64,000 nucleotides of DNA from an uncultured Legionellales bacterium (GTDB lineage Bacteria > Pseudomonadota > Gammaproteobacteria > Eutrophobiales > Eutrophobiaceae), in contig CAJWRJ010000001.1 in the NCBI GenBank assembly GCA_913046215.1, positions 8,897 to 72,896 of the forward strand, given 5' to 3'. The position numbers and the translations under genes were made by a program. The notes under the pieces are model-generated. The model was not told the origin of the DNA, searched no databases, and saw nothing but the letters and a program-made list of their open reading frames with translations. Below are positions 9,196 through 19,124 of the stretch, piece after piece. Within the stretch, counting starts at the first letter, position 1. Each line of letters begins with the position of its first letter.

Positions 9196-9804
9196 ATGGA
9201 ATTTTTTATAAAAAAATTTGAAAAATATATTAATAAAATTCTAAGTACAGATGAAGAAACATTATATGCACTAAGAAAATTAGAAAATAAAGTTATTGCT
9301 TTTAAGTTTATAAATACAAAAATTAAATTTTATCTATTTCCAATGGAGTATGGTTTTAAGATAGATAGTATTTGTAATAAGAAACCCGACGTTTTAATAA
9401 ATAGCACACCAGTCAATTTTTTAAGGATATTAATACCTTCGAAATATAACACAGCAGCTTCATCAATCGATGTAAAGATAGAAGGCGATATCAAAATTGC
9501 TCATGAGCTTCAAAAAATAATGAATAATTTTGAAATAGATATAGAAGATCCTTTATCAAATTTAGTCGGAGATAGATTAGCATTTCAACTTGTAAAATTA
9601 ACACATAAAATAAGTCAACTTTCTTTAAAATCTTATGAAACAATAATAGCAGATATAAGCGAATACTTGAGATTTGAAGTAGATATGCTGCCAGATGAGT
9701 TACTAGTAGAAGAATTTCTGAAAGATGTTGATACTATAAGAAATGACGTTGATAGAGTATCGCAAAGAGTGGCAAAACTTAATTCCCTTATAACAAAAAA
9801 ATAA
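9196..9804 (+). CDS. ubiJ: ubiquinone biosynthesis accessory factor UbiJ (SCP2 domain, YigP-like)
   Basis: About 200 aa, between ubiE and ubiB, the conserved position of ubiJ. Confidence 0.7.
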   Translation: MEFFIKKFEKYINKILSTDEETLYALRKLENKVIAFKFINTKIKFYLFPMEYGFKIDSICNKKPDVLINSTPVNFLRILIPSKYNTAASSIDVKIEGDIKIAHELQKIMNNFEIDIEDPLSNLVGDRLAFQLVKLTHKISQLSLKSYETIIADISEYLRFEVDMLPDELLVEEFLKDVDTIRNDVDRVSQRVAKLNSLITKK

Positions 9805-9819
9805 ACAAAGTAGTTACTC

Positions 9820-11475
9820 ATGCAACAATTTTTTAGATTATTAGCAATACAAAAAGTATTAATTTCACATGGACTCGATGAGATTATTTTTGCAACCCAC
9901 TTATTTAGGCCTATTCGTTTTCTTTTCTATATTTTTCCATGGAATTGGTTTAATCATACTTCTATACCTCGAGCAAAAAGGATACGAAATATGCTGGAGG
10001 ATCTTGGTCCAATTTATGTAAAGTTTGGTCAGATACTCTCAACCCGTCGTGATTTAATTCCAGAAGATATTGCAAATGAGTTTGCTGAATTACAAGATAA
10101 TGTTGCCCCATTTTCTGGAGAAATAGCACGAAAAATTATCGAAGATGCATATCATTGTAGAATTAACGATGTTTTTTTGGAATTTGATGAAGTGCCATTA
10201 GCATCTGCATCTGTTGCACAGGTGCATAGTGCAAAACTAAAAGATGGTAGAGATTTTATTATAAAAGTTATAAGACCTGGAATTGATGTAATAATTAAAA
10301 AAGATTTAGATTTACTAAAATTACTTGCACGAAAAGCTGAAAAATATAATAAAAATGCAAAATCTTTAAAATTTACAGGCGTTATAGAAGAGTTTGAAAG
10401 AACAATATTTAACGAATTAGATTTACAAAGAGAAGCTTCAAATGCATCTCAATTATATCGCAATTTTGAGAATGAGGATTGCTACTATGTGCCAAAAATT
10501 AATTGGGAGCTTACCAAAAGAAACGTGTTGGTTATTGAGCGCATAGATGGAATTCCAATTCGTGATATAGAAGCACTAAATGCAGCTAATATTGATTTAA
10601 AGTGTTTAGCCGAATTTGGCGTTAAGATATTTTTTACTCAAGTATTTAGAGACAATTTTTTTCATGCAGATATGCATCCTGGAAATATATTTGTTGCTCC
10701 AGGAAATTCGAAAGAATCACCTATAATTAAAGTTATCGATTTTGGCATTATGTGTTCATTAACAGAGTACGACCAATATTACCTAGCTAATAATTTAATG
10801 GCTTTTTTAAATCATGACTATCATAGAGTTGCTATTTTACATATTAAGTCTGGTTGGGTTCCCAAAGAAACACGTGTTGATGAATTGGAAGCTGCTATTA
10901 GGACAGTTTGTGAACCATTATTAGATAGACCAATACATGAAATATCATTGGGAGAACTTTTACAGAGACTCTTTGAGATTGCTCGTTCTTTTGAGGTTGA
11001 AATAATGCCACAATTAATTTTATTGCAAAAAACCATAATAAATATTGAGGGAATTGGTCGACAGCTCTATCCAGAGCTTAACTTATGGGAGACTGCGCGA
11101 CCTGAAATGGAGCGTTGGATGAAAGAAAGAGTAAGTCTTACTGCCATAATGAAAAGATTGATGCTTAATTTACCGGCAGTAATTGAAAAATTACCAGAGC
11201 TACCTAATAAAATTATTGATCTTATCGATAAACTTCATGATGGTAAGATAGAAATGGAAAATAAATCAGAGGAAATACATAAGCTCAGAATAGATATTAA
11301 TAAACACAATCGCAGAACAATTATGTCAGTGATCGGTTCAGGTTTAATTTTGTCTTCCTCTATTATATACGCACTAAATAATACTACCCATGGTATTTTT
11401 CTTACTATACCAAGTATTTCGTGGATATTAGGTTTATTTGGATTAATTTTCATATATTTTTCATGGAAAGACTAA
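9820..11475 (+). CDS. ubiB: ubiquinone biosynthesis protein kinase-like UbiB (ABC1/ADCK family)
   Basis: ABC1 kinase-like core (ASASVAQVHSAKLKDGRDFIIKVIRPGI...FHADMHPGNIFV). Two C-terminal transmembrane segments. 551 aa. Confidence 0.92.
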   Translation: MQQFFRLLAIQKVLISHGLDEIIFATHLFRPIRFLFYIFPWNWFNHTSIPRAKRIRNMLEDLGPIYVKFGQILSTRRDLIPEDIANEFAELQDNVAPFSGEIARKIIEDAYHCRINDVFLEFDEVPLASASVAQVHSAKLKDGRDFIIKVIRPGIDVIIKKDLDLLKLLARKAEKYNKNAKSLKFTGVIEEFERTIFNELDLQREASNASQLYRNFENEDCYYVPKINWELTKRNVLVIERIDGIPIRDIEALNAANIDLKCLAEFGVKIFFTQVFRDNFFHADMHPGNIFVAPGNSKESPIIKVIDFGIMCSLTEYDQYYLANNLMAFLNHDYHRVAILHIKSGWVPKETRVDELEAAIRTVCEPLLDRPIHEISLGELLQRLFEIARSFEVEIMPQLILLQKTIINIEGIGRQLYPELNLWETARPEMERWMKERVSLTAIMKRLMLNLPAVIEKLPELPNKIIDLIDKLHDGKIEMENKSEEIHKLRIDINKHNRRTIMSVIGSGLILSSSIIYALNNTTHGIFLTIPSISWILGLFGLIFIYFSWKD

Positions 11476-12270
11476 GTTAGCATTTTTTGTAATTAAACTA
11501 TTTTTTCTCGTTCTTTTTTTTATGAGTGACTTAATTCCAACAAGCTTCACATCATGTTTATTAATATCTTTCAAAAAATTTGAGAGTGCTTCTATAGTAT
11601 TATTATATGGATGACAAATTGCTAGCGCAGTTCCTTGTTTTTTTGCAATATTAACCAATTCAAATATTTTTTTATTTATATGATTTTTATCTTTTTGGTT
11701 ATCAAGGAATATATCTCTTGATATAAATGGAACACCATTTTGCTTTGCTATTTTACCAGCAACACTGTTAGGACCTGTTAAGCTATCAACATAAATGTAG
11801 TCATATTTACTTATAATATCCATTAGCCATTTCATATGGCCAGGATGACGTGTTAATAAACTCCCCATATGATTATTTATTCCAATTATGTTAGGTAAAG
11901 AATTAATATTATGCTTTAGTATTTTTGAGAACTCTTTTTTTGTCATGCTTAATGTTAGTGCACCAGGACCCAAAAGATCATTATTCGTTAAAGCTTGCAT
12001 TGGCTGATGTAATAGAATTTGTTTTTTATTTTTAAATGCTATTTCAGATATTTTATTTGCATAAGGGGAATGCGGTAAAATTGCATAGGTTATAGGTCCA
12101 GGAAGCGATAATGCGAGCATATCTTCCTTAGGTTTATAGCCAAGATCATCAATTATGATTGCAATATAAGGTTTTTCTTTTATTTCTGAATATGAATTAA
12201 ATGAAAACAAGCAGGAGATAAAAAATATGAAAAAATATTTATATTTATCTCGAATATATCCAAAATTCAT
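11461..12270 (-). CDS. divergent polysaccharide deacetylase family protein (YibQ-like)
   Basis: N-terminal signal peptide. Last gene of a gpmI-envC-ctpA-yibQ arrangement. Convergent 15-bp overlap with ubiB. Confidence 0.7.
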   Translation of the reverse strand: MNFGYIRDKYKYFFIFFISCLFSFNSYSEIKEKPYIAIIIDDLGYKPKEDMLALSLPGPITYAILPHSPYANKISEIAFKNKKQILLHQPMQALTNNDLLGPGALTLSMTKKEFSKILKHNINSLPNIIGINNHMGSLLTRHPGHMKWLMDIISKYDYIYVDSLTGPNSVAGKIAKQNGVPFISRDIFLDNQKDKNHINKKIFELVNIAKKQGTALAICHPYNNTIEALSNFLKDINKHDVKLVGIKSLIKKRTRKNSLITKNANLVFP

Positions 12271-12273
12271 CTT

Positions 12274-13569
12274 TTATTTAACCTTTTTTAGGTAAATTGA
12301 TAATCCCTTCAAAACATTTAATGCTTCATATAGTTGGTAATCATTCTCTATGAGCAAGGCATTATTTATATTTTCTTCTTTTTCTTCATCATCATTAGAT
12401 TTTTTATTATCTAAATGCCCGCTTAAATCAGATTCTTTTATTAGCCCATTATTTTGAATATCTTTTTTCAAATCGAATTTTATATTTTTTACAATCATAT
12501 CGGGTTCGATACCCGAGGCTTGTATGGAACGTCCCGATGGCGTGTAATAGCGTGCCGTTGTTAATTTTAATGCTGTTCTGTCGTTCATTGGCAAAATAGT
12601 TTGTACTGAGCCTTTACCAAATGTTTTTTCACCCATTATTACAGCTCTTTTGTGGTCTTGTAATGCTCCAGCGACGATTTCAGAGGCAGATGCTGATCCA
12701 CCATTTACAAGAATAATAATTGGAGTGTCTTTTAACATTTCAGATGGCTTTGCATTAAATTTAAGTTTTGAATCCTTGATTCGGCCCTCTGTATAAACAA
12801 TCAATCCGTTATTAAGAAATAGGTCTGACACACCAACAGCTGCATTAAGAAGTCCACCAGGATTATTTCTTAAATCCAATATCAAACCTTTTATATTGTT
12901 ATTATTTTCATTTTTTAGTTTCATTAATCCTTTTTTTAGATCATCGACAGTATGAGTTTGAAAATTAGAAATACGTATATAGGTAAATCCAGGTTCTATT
13001 GTTTCAGTTTTTATATTCTCAACAGTAATAATATCTCGCACTATACTTATCTCGAATGGTTTATTTTCACCTTCTCTAACTATAGTTAGAGTAATTTTAC
13101 TTCCAGGTTTACCTCTCATCATTTTTACTGCTTCCATTAATGATATGCCTTTAACAGATTTATTATCAAGACGAATAATAAGATCTCCAGCTTTTATTCC
13201 AGCTCGTTGTGCAGGAGTTCCATCAATTGGAGATATAACTTTTACAAATCCATCTTCATAACCCACTTCAATACCAAGTCCACCAAATTCGCCAGAGGTG
13301 CCCTCTTGTAATTCTTTATACGCATCTTCATCTAGATATGTAGAGTGCGGATCAAGTCCTTGAAGCATTCCTCGGATAGCATTTTCAAGAAGTTTTTTGT
13401 CATCAACATCTTCTACATAATCATCCTTAATTTTTGAAAAAATTTCAGTGAAAGTTCTTATTTCATCTAAGGGTAGTATTGTGTCACCATCTTCATTAGC
13501 TAGGGAGATTCTAGATATAAATAATGCAGGTAAAAAAATTAGTAGTAGTATTTTTTTGTAGGTAACCAT
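12274..13569 (-). CDS. ctpA: carboxy-terminal processing protease CtpA (S41 family)
   Basis: PDZ domain plus S41 motifs (LILDLRNNPGG...GGSASASEIVAGALQD...TFGKGSVQT). Signal peptide present. Confidence 0.88.
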   Translation of the reverse strand: MVTYKKILLLIFLPALFISRISLANEDGDTILPLDEIRTFTEIFSKIKDDYVEDVDDKKLLENAIRGMLQGLDPHSTYLDEDAYKELQEGTSGEFGGLGIEVGYEDGFVKVISPIDGTPAQRAGIKAGDLIIRLDNKSVKGISLMEAVKMMRGKPGSKITLTIVREGENKPFEISIVRDIITVENIKTETIEPGFTYIRISNFQTHTVDDLKKGLMKLKNENNNNIKGLILDLRNNPGGLLNAAVGVSDLFLNNGLIVYTEGRIKDSKLKFNAKPSEMLKDTPIIILVNGGSASASEIVAGALQDHKRAVIMGEKTFGKGSVQTILPMNDRTALKLTTARYYTPSGRSIQASGIEPDMIVKNIKFDLKKDIQNNGLIKESDLSGHLDNKKSNDDEEKEENINNALLIENDYQLYEALNVLKGLSIYLKKVK

Positions 13570-13633
13570 TTTTTCCGTCCTATTTGCTTAATTTTATTTT
13601 TATATGTTGTTTCTTTTAATAATATATACATTA

Positions 13634-14782
13634 TTAATTTTTGCACCATTGAGATGGATTTAATGTTTTTTTGCCTTTTCTAATCTCAAAATAAAGTGCA
13701 GAGTTATTTTGCCCCCCACTATCCCCAACAGAAGCTATTATTTCTCTGGCTTTTACAGAATCACCCGCGACCTTTAATAGTTGTTGGTTATGTCCATATA
13801 GGCTTAAATAGTCATTATTGTGGTCAATAATAACTAGCAAGCCATAATTTTTAAACCAGTCTGCAAATACGACTTTTCCATCACTTATTGCATGAACTTT
13901 TGAGCCATGATTTGCTCCTATCAAAACTCCTTGCCATTTCAAACCAGTTATTTTTTTTTGCACACCGTATTTTTTTAATAATTTTCCTTTTACTGGCCAT
14001 ACTAATTTACCTTTTTTTTGTATAAATGAAATATTATTTTCATTATAGTTAGTAATATTTTTATTATTTAATTTTATTTTATTTAAAAGCCTAGCAAGAT
14101 CGCGTTCATTTTCTTTTAAAAGTAATAATTCAATATTCTGATTTTTTATATAATTTTTTATCTCTACTATAGAGTTTAATCTTTTTTTCCTTATTTTATT
14201 GAAATTATTTAATTTATACTGGTATTTATTATTTAATATCTCAAGGTTATTATTTTCATCATTTATTTCTTTCTCTAGAATTTTTATTCGTGTTAGATTG
14301 TCATTTAAATTTTTTATACGATTGGAACGCGCATAATTATCATAATCATAATAGGCAATAACACGATTTATTTGCGTCAAATCATCTTGATTAAGTAGTA
14401 ACTTAATATAATTATATTTTCCTATTTGATAAATATTTCTAATTTGAGTTCTTAGCCTCATTTTTTCTTTCTTTATAATATTTTTATTTTCTTCTTCTTC
14501 TTCTTTTAATTTTAAAATAGTATTATTTCCTTTTAATATTTCTGAACGTGTGTTTTCCAATTGCATAAAAAGCTCGACTGCTAGCTTTTCATTTTTTCTT
14601 ATATCTTTTTCAAATTTTTTAGCTTTTATTTTAGCATTACTAATATTTTTATTTACATCATTCATACGATTCTGTATGTTTTTTAGTTTTATTTCATTTT
14701 CATGACTAGATTGTTTTGCAATTAGATAATTAGAAAAAGTAAATAGGTATATTAAGATAAAGTATTTTATTTTTTTCTTCAT
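13634..14782 (-). CDS. envC: murein hydrolase activator EnvC-like (coiled coil plus degenerate M23/LytM domain)
   Basis: Signal peptide. Long N/K/E-rich coiled-coil region. C-terminal LytM-like domain (GVLIGANHGSKVHAISDGKVVFADW...SVGDSGG). Position between gpmI and ctpA. Confidence 0.8.
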   Translation of the reverse strand: MKKKIKYFILIYLFTFSNYLIAKQSSHENEIKLKNIQNRMNDVNKNISNAKIKAKKFEKDIRKNEKLAVELFMQLENTRSEILKGNNTILKLKEEEEENKNIIKKEKMRLRTQIRNIYQIGKYNYIKLLLNQDDLTQINRVIAYYDYDNYARSNRIKNLNDNLTRIKILEKEINDENNNLEILNNKYQYKLNNFNKIRKKRLNSIVEIKNYIKNQNIELLLLKENERDLARLLNKIKLNNKNITNYNENNISFIQKKGKLVWPVKGKLLKKYGVQKKITGLKWQGVLIGANHGSKVHAISDGKVVFADWFKNYGLLVIIDHNNDYLSLYGHNQQLLKVAGDSVKAREIIASVGDSGGQNNSALYFEIRKGKKTLNPSQWCKN

Positions 14783-14833
14783 TTGGAAATTTTTAGATTT
14801 TTAATTGATTTTATCTAATTTTTTTATATGGAT

Positions 14834-16402
14834 TTATTTTTTTAATATATCTATTAATGATTTTCCTGTCATTTCCATAGGCTGTGGTATATCCATTATA
14901 TCGAGTAAGGTTGGCGTTACATCTGACAAAGAACCTATTTCTGGGATAAACCTTGCTTCTCTACCAATATAAACCAATGGCACAAGATTACTTGTATGTG
15001 CAGTATGAGGCTGAGATTTAATCTTTTCAGTAGTGTATGATTTTATTTGTTCTGCGTTACCGTGGTCAGCTGTTATAAGTATTTCACTTCCAGCTTTTTT
15101 TGCTGCCTCAATAATTTTTCCTAAACATTTATCAATAGTTTCAATTGCTAATATCGTCGCATTAAAGTTGCCTGTGTGGCCAACCATATCAGCATTTGCA
15201 AAATTACAGATTATTGAATTATATTTATGGCTATTAATTGAATCTATTAAACGCTGTGTTATCTTTTCTGCACTCATTTCTGGTTCAAGATCATATGTTC
15301 TTACATGTGGAGATGGTACAAGTATTCTATCTTCCCCTTCAAACACACTTTCTGTTCCACCATTAAAAAAGAACGTTACATGTGCGTACTTTTCAGTTTC
15401 AGCTATCCTAAGTTGTTTTAGTCCAAGATCAGCTATATATTTACCAAAAACATTAGGAAGAGATACAGGAAGAAAAGCAACTGGAAACTCATATTCAACT
15501 TTATATGATGTTAAACTAATGAAAGACGATAATTTTGGCATCCTTTCTCTATGGAATGCTTTGAATGAAGGTTTTGTGAAGGCACGCGCCAACTGCCTTG
15601 CACGATCAGCACGGTAGTTAGCAAAAATAACAATATCTTCATCCTCAATAATAATAGGAGCTTCGCTAGATTTGGTTATTGCAGTTGGCGATATAAATTC
15701 ATCAGTTTCATTTCTAGCATAGGCCATATCTATAGCGATAAATGGATCACTTGATCTATAGTTAGCTTTTCCTTGACTGATTACATCATAAGCAAATTTT
15801 GTTCTATCCCAATTTTTATTCCTATCCATCGCGTAATATCGACCCACAATAGAAGCAAATGAGCCTAATTCCAACTCTTTCATTTTTAATTGTGCTTTAT
15901 GAATTGATTCTATTGCACATTTTGGTGTTGTATCTCGACCATCAAGAAACGCATGTAGAAAAAGTTTTTTAACACCGCATTTTTTAGCTAGTTTAATTAG
16001 AGCAAAAATATGATCTTCATGACTGTGTACCCCACCTGGAGAAAGTAGCCCAAGCAAATGGATAGCCTTATTGTTTTTTTTCGCATGGTTGAATGCGTTG
16101 TTTAATGTATTATTTTGATTGAAAGTACCATCTTTTATGGCTCTTGATATTCGAGTAAATTCTTGGTCAACGACTCTTCCAGCTCCAATATTCATATGAC
16201 CAACTTCAGAGTTACCCATTTGTGATGCTGGTAGTCCCACATCAAGACCAGAGGCATTTATAAGGGTATGAGGGTATTTTTCCCAAATATTATCCCAGAT
16301 TGGTTTGTTAGCAGAATAGATTGCATTGTATTCAGTATTATCAGTATGACCCCAACCATCCAGAATTATCAAAATGGTACGCTTATGGCCTAATTTAGTC
16401 AT
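14834..16402 (-). CDS. gpmI: 2,3-bisphosphoglycerate-independent phosphoglycerate mutase
   Basis: 522 aa. N-terminus LIILDGWG. Motifs SEVGHMNIGAGR and ADHGNAE. Confidence 0.93.
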   Translation of the reverse strand: MTKLGHKRTILIILDGWGHTDNTEYNAIYSANKPIWDNIWEKYPHTLINASGLDVGLPASQMGNSEVGHMNIGAGRVVDQEFTRISRAIKDGTFNQNNTLNNAFNHAKKNNKAIHLLGLLSPGGVHSHEDHIFALIKLAKKCGVKKLFLHAFLDGRDTTPKCAIESIHKAQLKMKELELGSFASIVGRYYAMDRNKNWDRTKFAYDVISQGKANYRSSDPFIAIDMAYARNETDEFISPTAITKSSEAPIIIEDEDIVIFANYRADRARQLARAFTKPSFKAFHRERMPKLSSFISLTSYKVEYEFPVAFLPVSLPNVFGKYIADLGLKQLRIAETEKYAHVTFFFNGGTESVFEGEDRILVPSPHVRTYDLEPEMSAEKITQRLIDSINSHKYNSIICNFANADMVGHTGNFNATILAIETIDKCLGKIIEAAKKAGSEILITADHGNAEQIKSYTTEKIKSQPHTAHTSNLVPLVYIGREARFIPEIGSLSDVTPTLLDIMDIPQPMEMTGKSLIDILKK

Positions 16403-16663
16403 AGATGCTTATTCTCATTGAAGAAAATGACGAGAAAGTCGAATTCATTGAATTTTTTTGCAATTTCACGCTGCAAATAAATATATAATAGAGGTTTCCA
16501 GTTACGTCGTAAGCTATTAGCCCATTTGGTTATAGAATATTAACATGAAATTAATGAATACAACATGTTAAATAAAATTGTTGATAAAACAAATCAATAG
16601 TTTTTTCAACGTGAGATATATCGTATTATCAACTTAATTAAATAAATTTATGAGCAAGCTATT

Positions 16664-17089
16664 ATGGAAAAGTTCCCCGAATTCGTATTAAATCATCCCT
16701 ACTTATTTTCATTACTTTTTGTGATTTTGACCTTATTAATATGGAATATTTTTGGAGATGTAATCGGGGGTGTTAAAATGCTGACCTCAAGTCAAGTAAC
16801 GCACCTTGTTAATCGTGAGGATGCAGAAATTGTTGATATTAGAAGTCAAAAGGAATTTGAAAATGGGCATATTATTAATGCAAGAAATATTAGTCCCAAA
16901 GAACTATCTAAAGAATTAGATAAATTAAGAAAAAATAATAAGGGTATTATATTTTGCTGTTCAAATGGCAGTGCTTCAGTAAAAGAGGCTCAAAAGTTAG
17001 TTAAACAAGGAGAGGAAATGATATTTTGTCTAAAAGGCGGAATTACTTCATGGCAAACCGCATCGTTGCCATTAACAAAAAAAAGCTAG
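16664..17089 (+). CDS. membrane-anchored rhodanese-domain protein (YibN-like)
   Basis: N-terminal transmembrane segment. Rhodanese fold with active-site loop CCSNGSAS. Lies upstream of secB-gpsA, as yibN does in E. coli. Confidence 0.75.
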   Translation: MEKFPEFVLNHPYLFSLLFVILTLLIWNIFGDVIGGVKMLTSSQVTHLVNREDAEIVDIRSQKEFENGHIINARNISPKELSKELDKLRKNNKGIIFCCSNGSASVKEAQKLVKQGEEMIFCLKGGITSWQTASLPLTKKS

Positions 17090-17143
17090 ATAGTTTTGAT
17101 AGCTTATTTAAAAAATATAATACTTTAATTAGGATGAAAACAT

Positions 17144-17623
17144 ATGCCTGAGAAAGAAAAGAAATCAGAAGAAAATAATGACCCACAATTTTCAATTCAA
17201 AAAATATATATAAAAGATATTTCCTTTGAAACAACAAATACCCCCGAAGATTTTAAAACGGAATGGAAACCAGTAGTTGATATGCATATAACAAATGAAG
17301 CTACACCCTTGGGTGACGATTTGTTTGATGTCGTATTGTCAGCAACGTTGACAGTAAAAATAGATGATAGAGATATCTATTTAGTTGAAATTGATCAAGC
17401 AGGTATTTTTTTGATAAAAAATGTTCCCGAGGATGTTCTTGGACGTATGCTGGCAACATCATGTGCGAATATATTATTTCCATTTGCTCGTGAGGCGGTT
17501 TCGGATATTGTTACAAGAGGTGGTTTCCCTCAATTACTACTTACACCGGTTAATTTTGATGCTTTATATGATCAACAAAAAAAGCAAGCATCAGAGCAGG
17601 CAGCGAAGAATACAACACATTAG
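17144..17623 (+). CDS. secB: protein-export chaperone SecB
   Basis: FSIQKIYIKDISFE and CANILFPFAREAVSDIVTRGGFPQLLLTPVNFDALY align closely with E. coli SecB. Confidence 0.93.
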   Translation: MPEKEKKSEENNDPQFSIQKIYIKDISFETTNTPEDFKTEWKPVVDMHITNEATPLGDDLFDVVLSATLTVKIDDRDIYLVEIDQAGIFLIKNVPEDVLGRMLATSCANILFPFAREAVSDIVTRGGFPQLLLTPVNFDALYDQQKKQASEQAAKNTTH

Positions 17624-17640
17624 AATAAGGAATTGCTCCA

Positions 17641-18630
17641 ATGAGTTCACAGTCATTATTAGTTCAAGGTGCTGGATCTTGGGGAACTGCGTTGGCTATG
17701 GTTTTATCTCGTAATTGTTATCAAATTTATTTATGGGATACTAATTTAGATACGATAAAGGCGATTAGATCAAATAGATGCAATGAAAGATACCTGCCTG
17801 GGCAAAAAATTCCAGAAAATATAATACCGATCGAATCGATTGAGGAGGTGCCGGACACAATAAATAAAGTTATTTGTGCGGTACCAAGTCACGCAGTTCG
17901 AAGTAGTTTGAATTTGTTAAAATCAATGCCCATTAATAGCATATGTATAGCCACAAAGGGTTTTGAGCCTAATACACAAAATCTAAATCATGTGGTAGCA
18001 GAAGAGGTTCTTAGTAATTCTTCGATTACCGTGCTCTCTGGACCTTCATTTGCAATAGAAGTGGCAGCAGGCTTGCCAACAGCAGTTACAATATCTTCAA
18101 AAGATATTGAAATTGCAAATGATTATGCAAGTCTTTTTCATACAAAAACTTTTAGAGTGTATGTTCATACTGATTATATAGGTGCGCAGATTGGTGGAGC
18201 GGTTAAAAATATAATGGCGATTGCAGCCGGTATATCAGATGGACTAGGTTTTGGAAGTAATGCTCGTTCTGCAATAATAACGCGTGGTTTATCTGAAATA
18301 ATACGATTGGGAATGACAATGGGTGCTAAGAAAGAAACTTTTAAAGGTCTATCTGGTCTTGGTGATTTAGTCTTGACTTGCACTGATGATCAATCACGTA
18401 ATAGAAGATTAGGTATTTTATTTTCTAAAGGATATACATCTGAGCAAGCATGCAATGAGATTGGTCAGGAAGTTGAGGGGTTAAACACCGCTAGAGAAGT
18501 TAATATTTTAGCAAAGAAAAATAATATAGAGATGCCTATTACCGAGCAAGTTGCAAGTGTTTTAGATTCTAGATGCACGCCGAAGGAAGCAGTTGAGAAT
18601 CTTTTAAATAGAGAGCAAAGGAAAGAGTAG
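17641..18630 (+). CDS. gpsA: NAD(P)H-dependent glycerol-3-phosphate dehydrogenase
   Basis: GAGSWGTALA Rossmann motif and GAVKNIMAIAAGI. Lies after secB. Confidence 0.93.
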   Translation: MSSQSLLVQGAGSWGTALAMVLSRNCYQIYLWDTNLDTIKAIRSNRCNERYLPGQKIPENIIPIESIEEVPDTINKVICAVPSHAVRSSLNLLKSMPINSICIATKGFEPNTQNLNHVVAEEVLSNSSITVLSGPSFAIEVAAGLPTAVTISSKDIEIANDYASLFHTKTFRVYVHTDYIGAQIGGAVKNIMAIAAGISDGLGFGSNARSAIITRGLSEIIRLGMTMGAKKETFKGLSGLGDLVLTCTDDQSRNRRLGILFSKGYTSEQACNEIGQEVEGLNTAREVNILAKKNNIEMPITEQVASVLDSRCTPKEAVENLLNREQRKE

Positions 18631-18636
18631 GTTGGT

Positions 18637-19092
18637 TTATTCGAACTTTTTTTGTCTCCAAGATTCATAAATAATAATACTTGCAGCGTTAGATAGATTA
18701 AGGCTTCTACTAGCTTTCATCATTGGAATTTTGAGAATTCTATTTGGTTTAAACTTATCCAATATTTTTTTTGGTAAACCTCTTGTCTCGGGGCCGAACA
18801 AGAAACTATCATTTTTTTTGAAAATACAATCTGAATAATATTTTTTCCCTTTAGTTGATATCGCATACAGCGATTTAAAGCCATTTTTATCAATATAATC
18901 ATCAAAATTTTTATAATGGCAAACAGTAGACCAATCGATATAATCTAATCCAGCACGGCGTAGTTCCTTTGCCTTTATTTTAAAGCCCAATGGGTGTATC
19001 AAGTGCAATTTAGCTCCCGTATTAGTGCATAGACGCATAATATTTCCAGTATTTGGTGGAATTTCTGGTTCAAATAGAACAACATTAAACAT
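18637..19092 (-). CDS. trmL: tRNA (cytidine/uridine-2'-O)-methyltransferase TrmL (SpoU/TrmH family)
   Basis: 151 aa. SPOUT motifs NTGNIMRLC and LFGPETRGLP. Confidence 0.85.
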   Translation of the reverse strand: MFNVVLFEPEIPPNTGNIMRLCTNTGAKLHLIHPLGFKIKAKELRRAGLDYIDWSTVCHYKNFDDYIDKNGFKSLYAISTKGKKYYSDCIFKKNDSFLFGPETRGLPKKILDKFKPNRILKIPMMKASRSLNLSNAASIIIYESWRQKKFE

Positions 19093-19124
19093 ATGTATAG
19101 TTTTCCATTAAGAATATCTAAATT

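Noticed and set aside
16581-16597. Inverted repeat TTGAT-N7-ATCAA in the divergent gpmI / rhodanese promoter region.
   Set aside because: In roughly 75% AT intergenic DNA, short 5-bp inverted repeats occur by chance. No second copy or conserved context was visible, so it is not reported as a regulatory site.
17421-17714. 97-aa plus-strand ORF spanning the secB/gpsA junction.
   Set aside because: It is out of frame with both secB and gpsA, which are strongly supported. No ribosome-binding site or conserved features.
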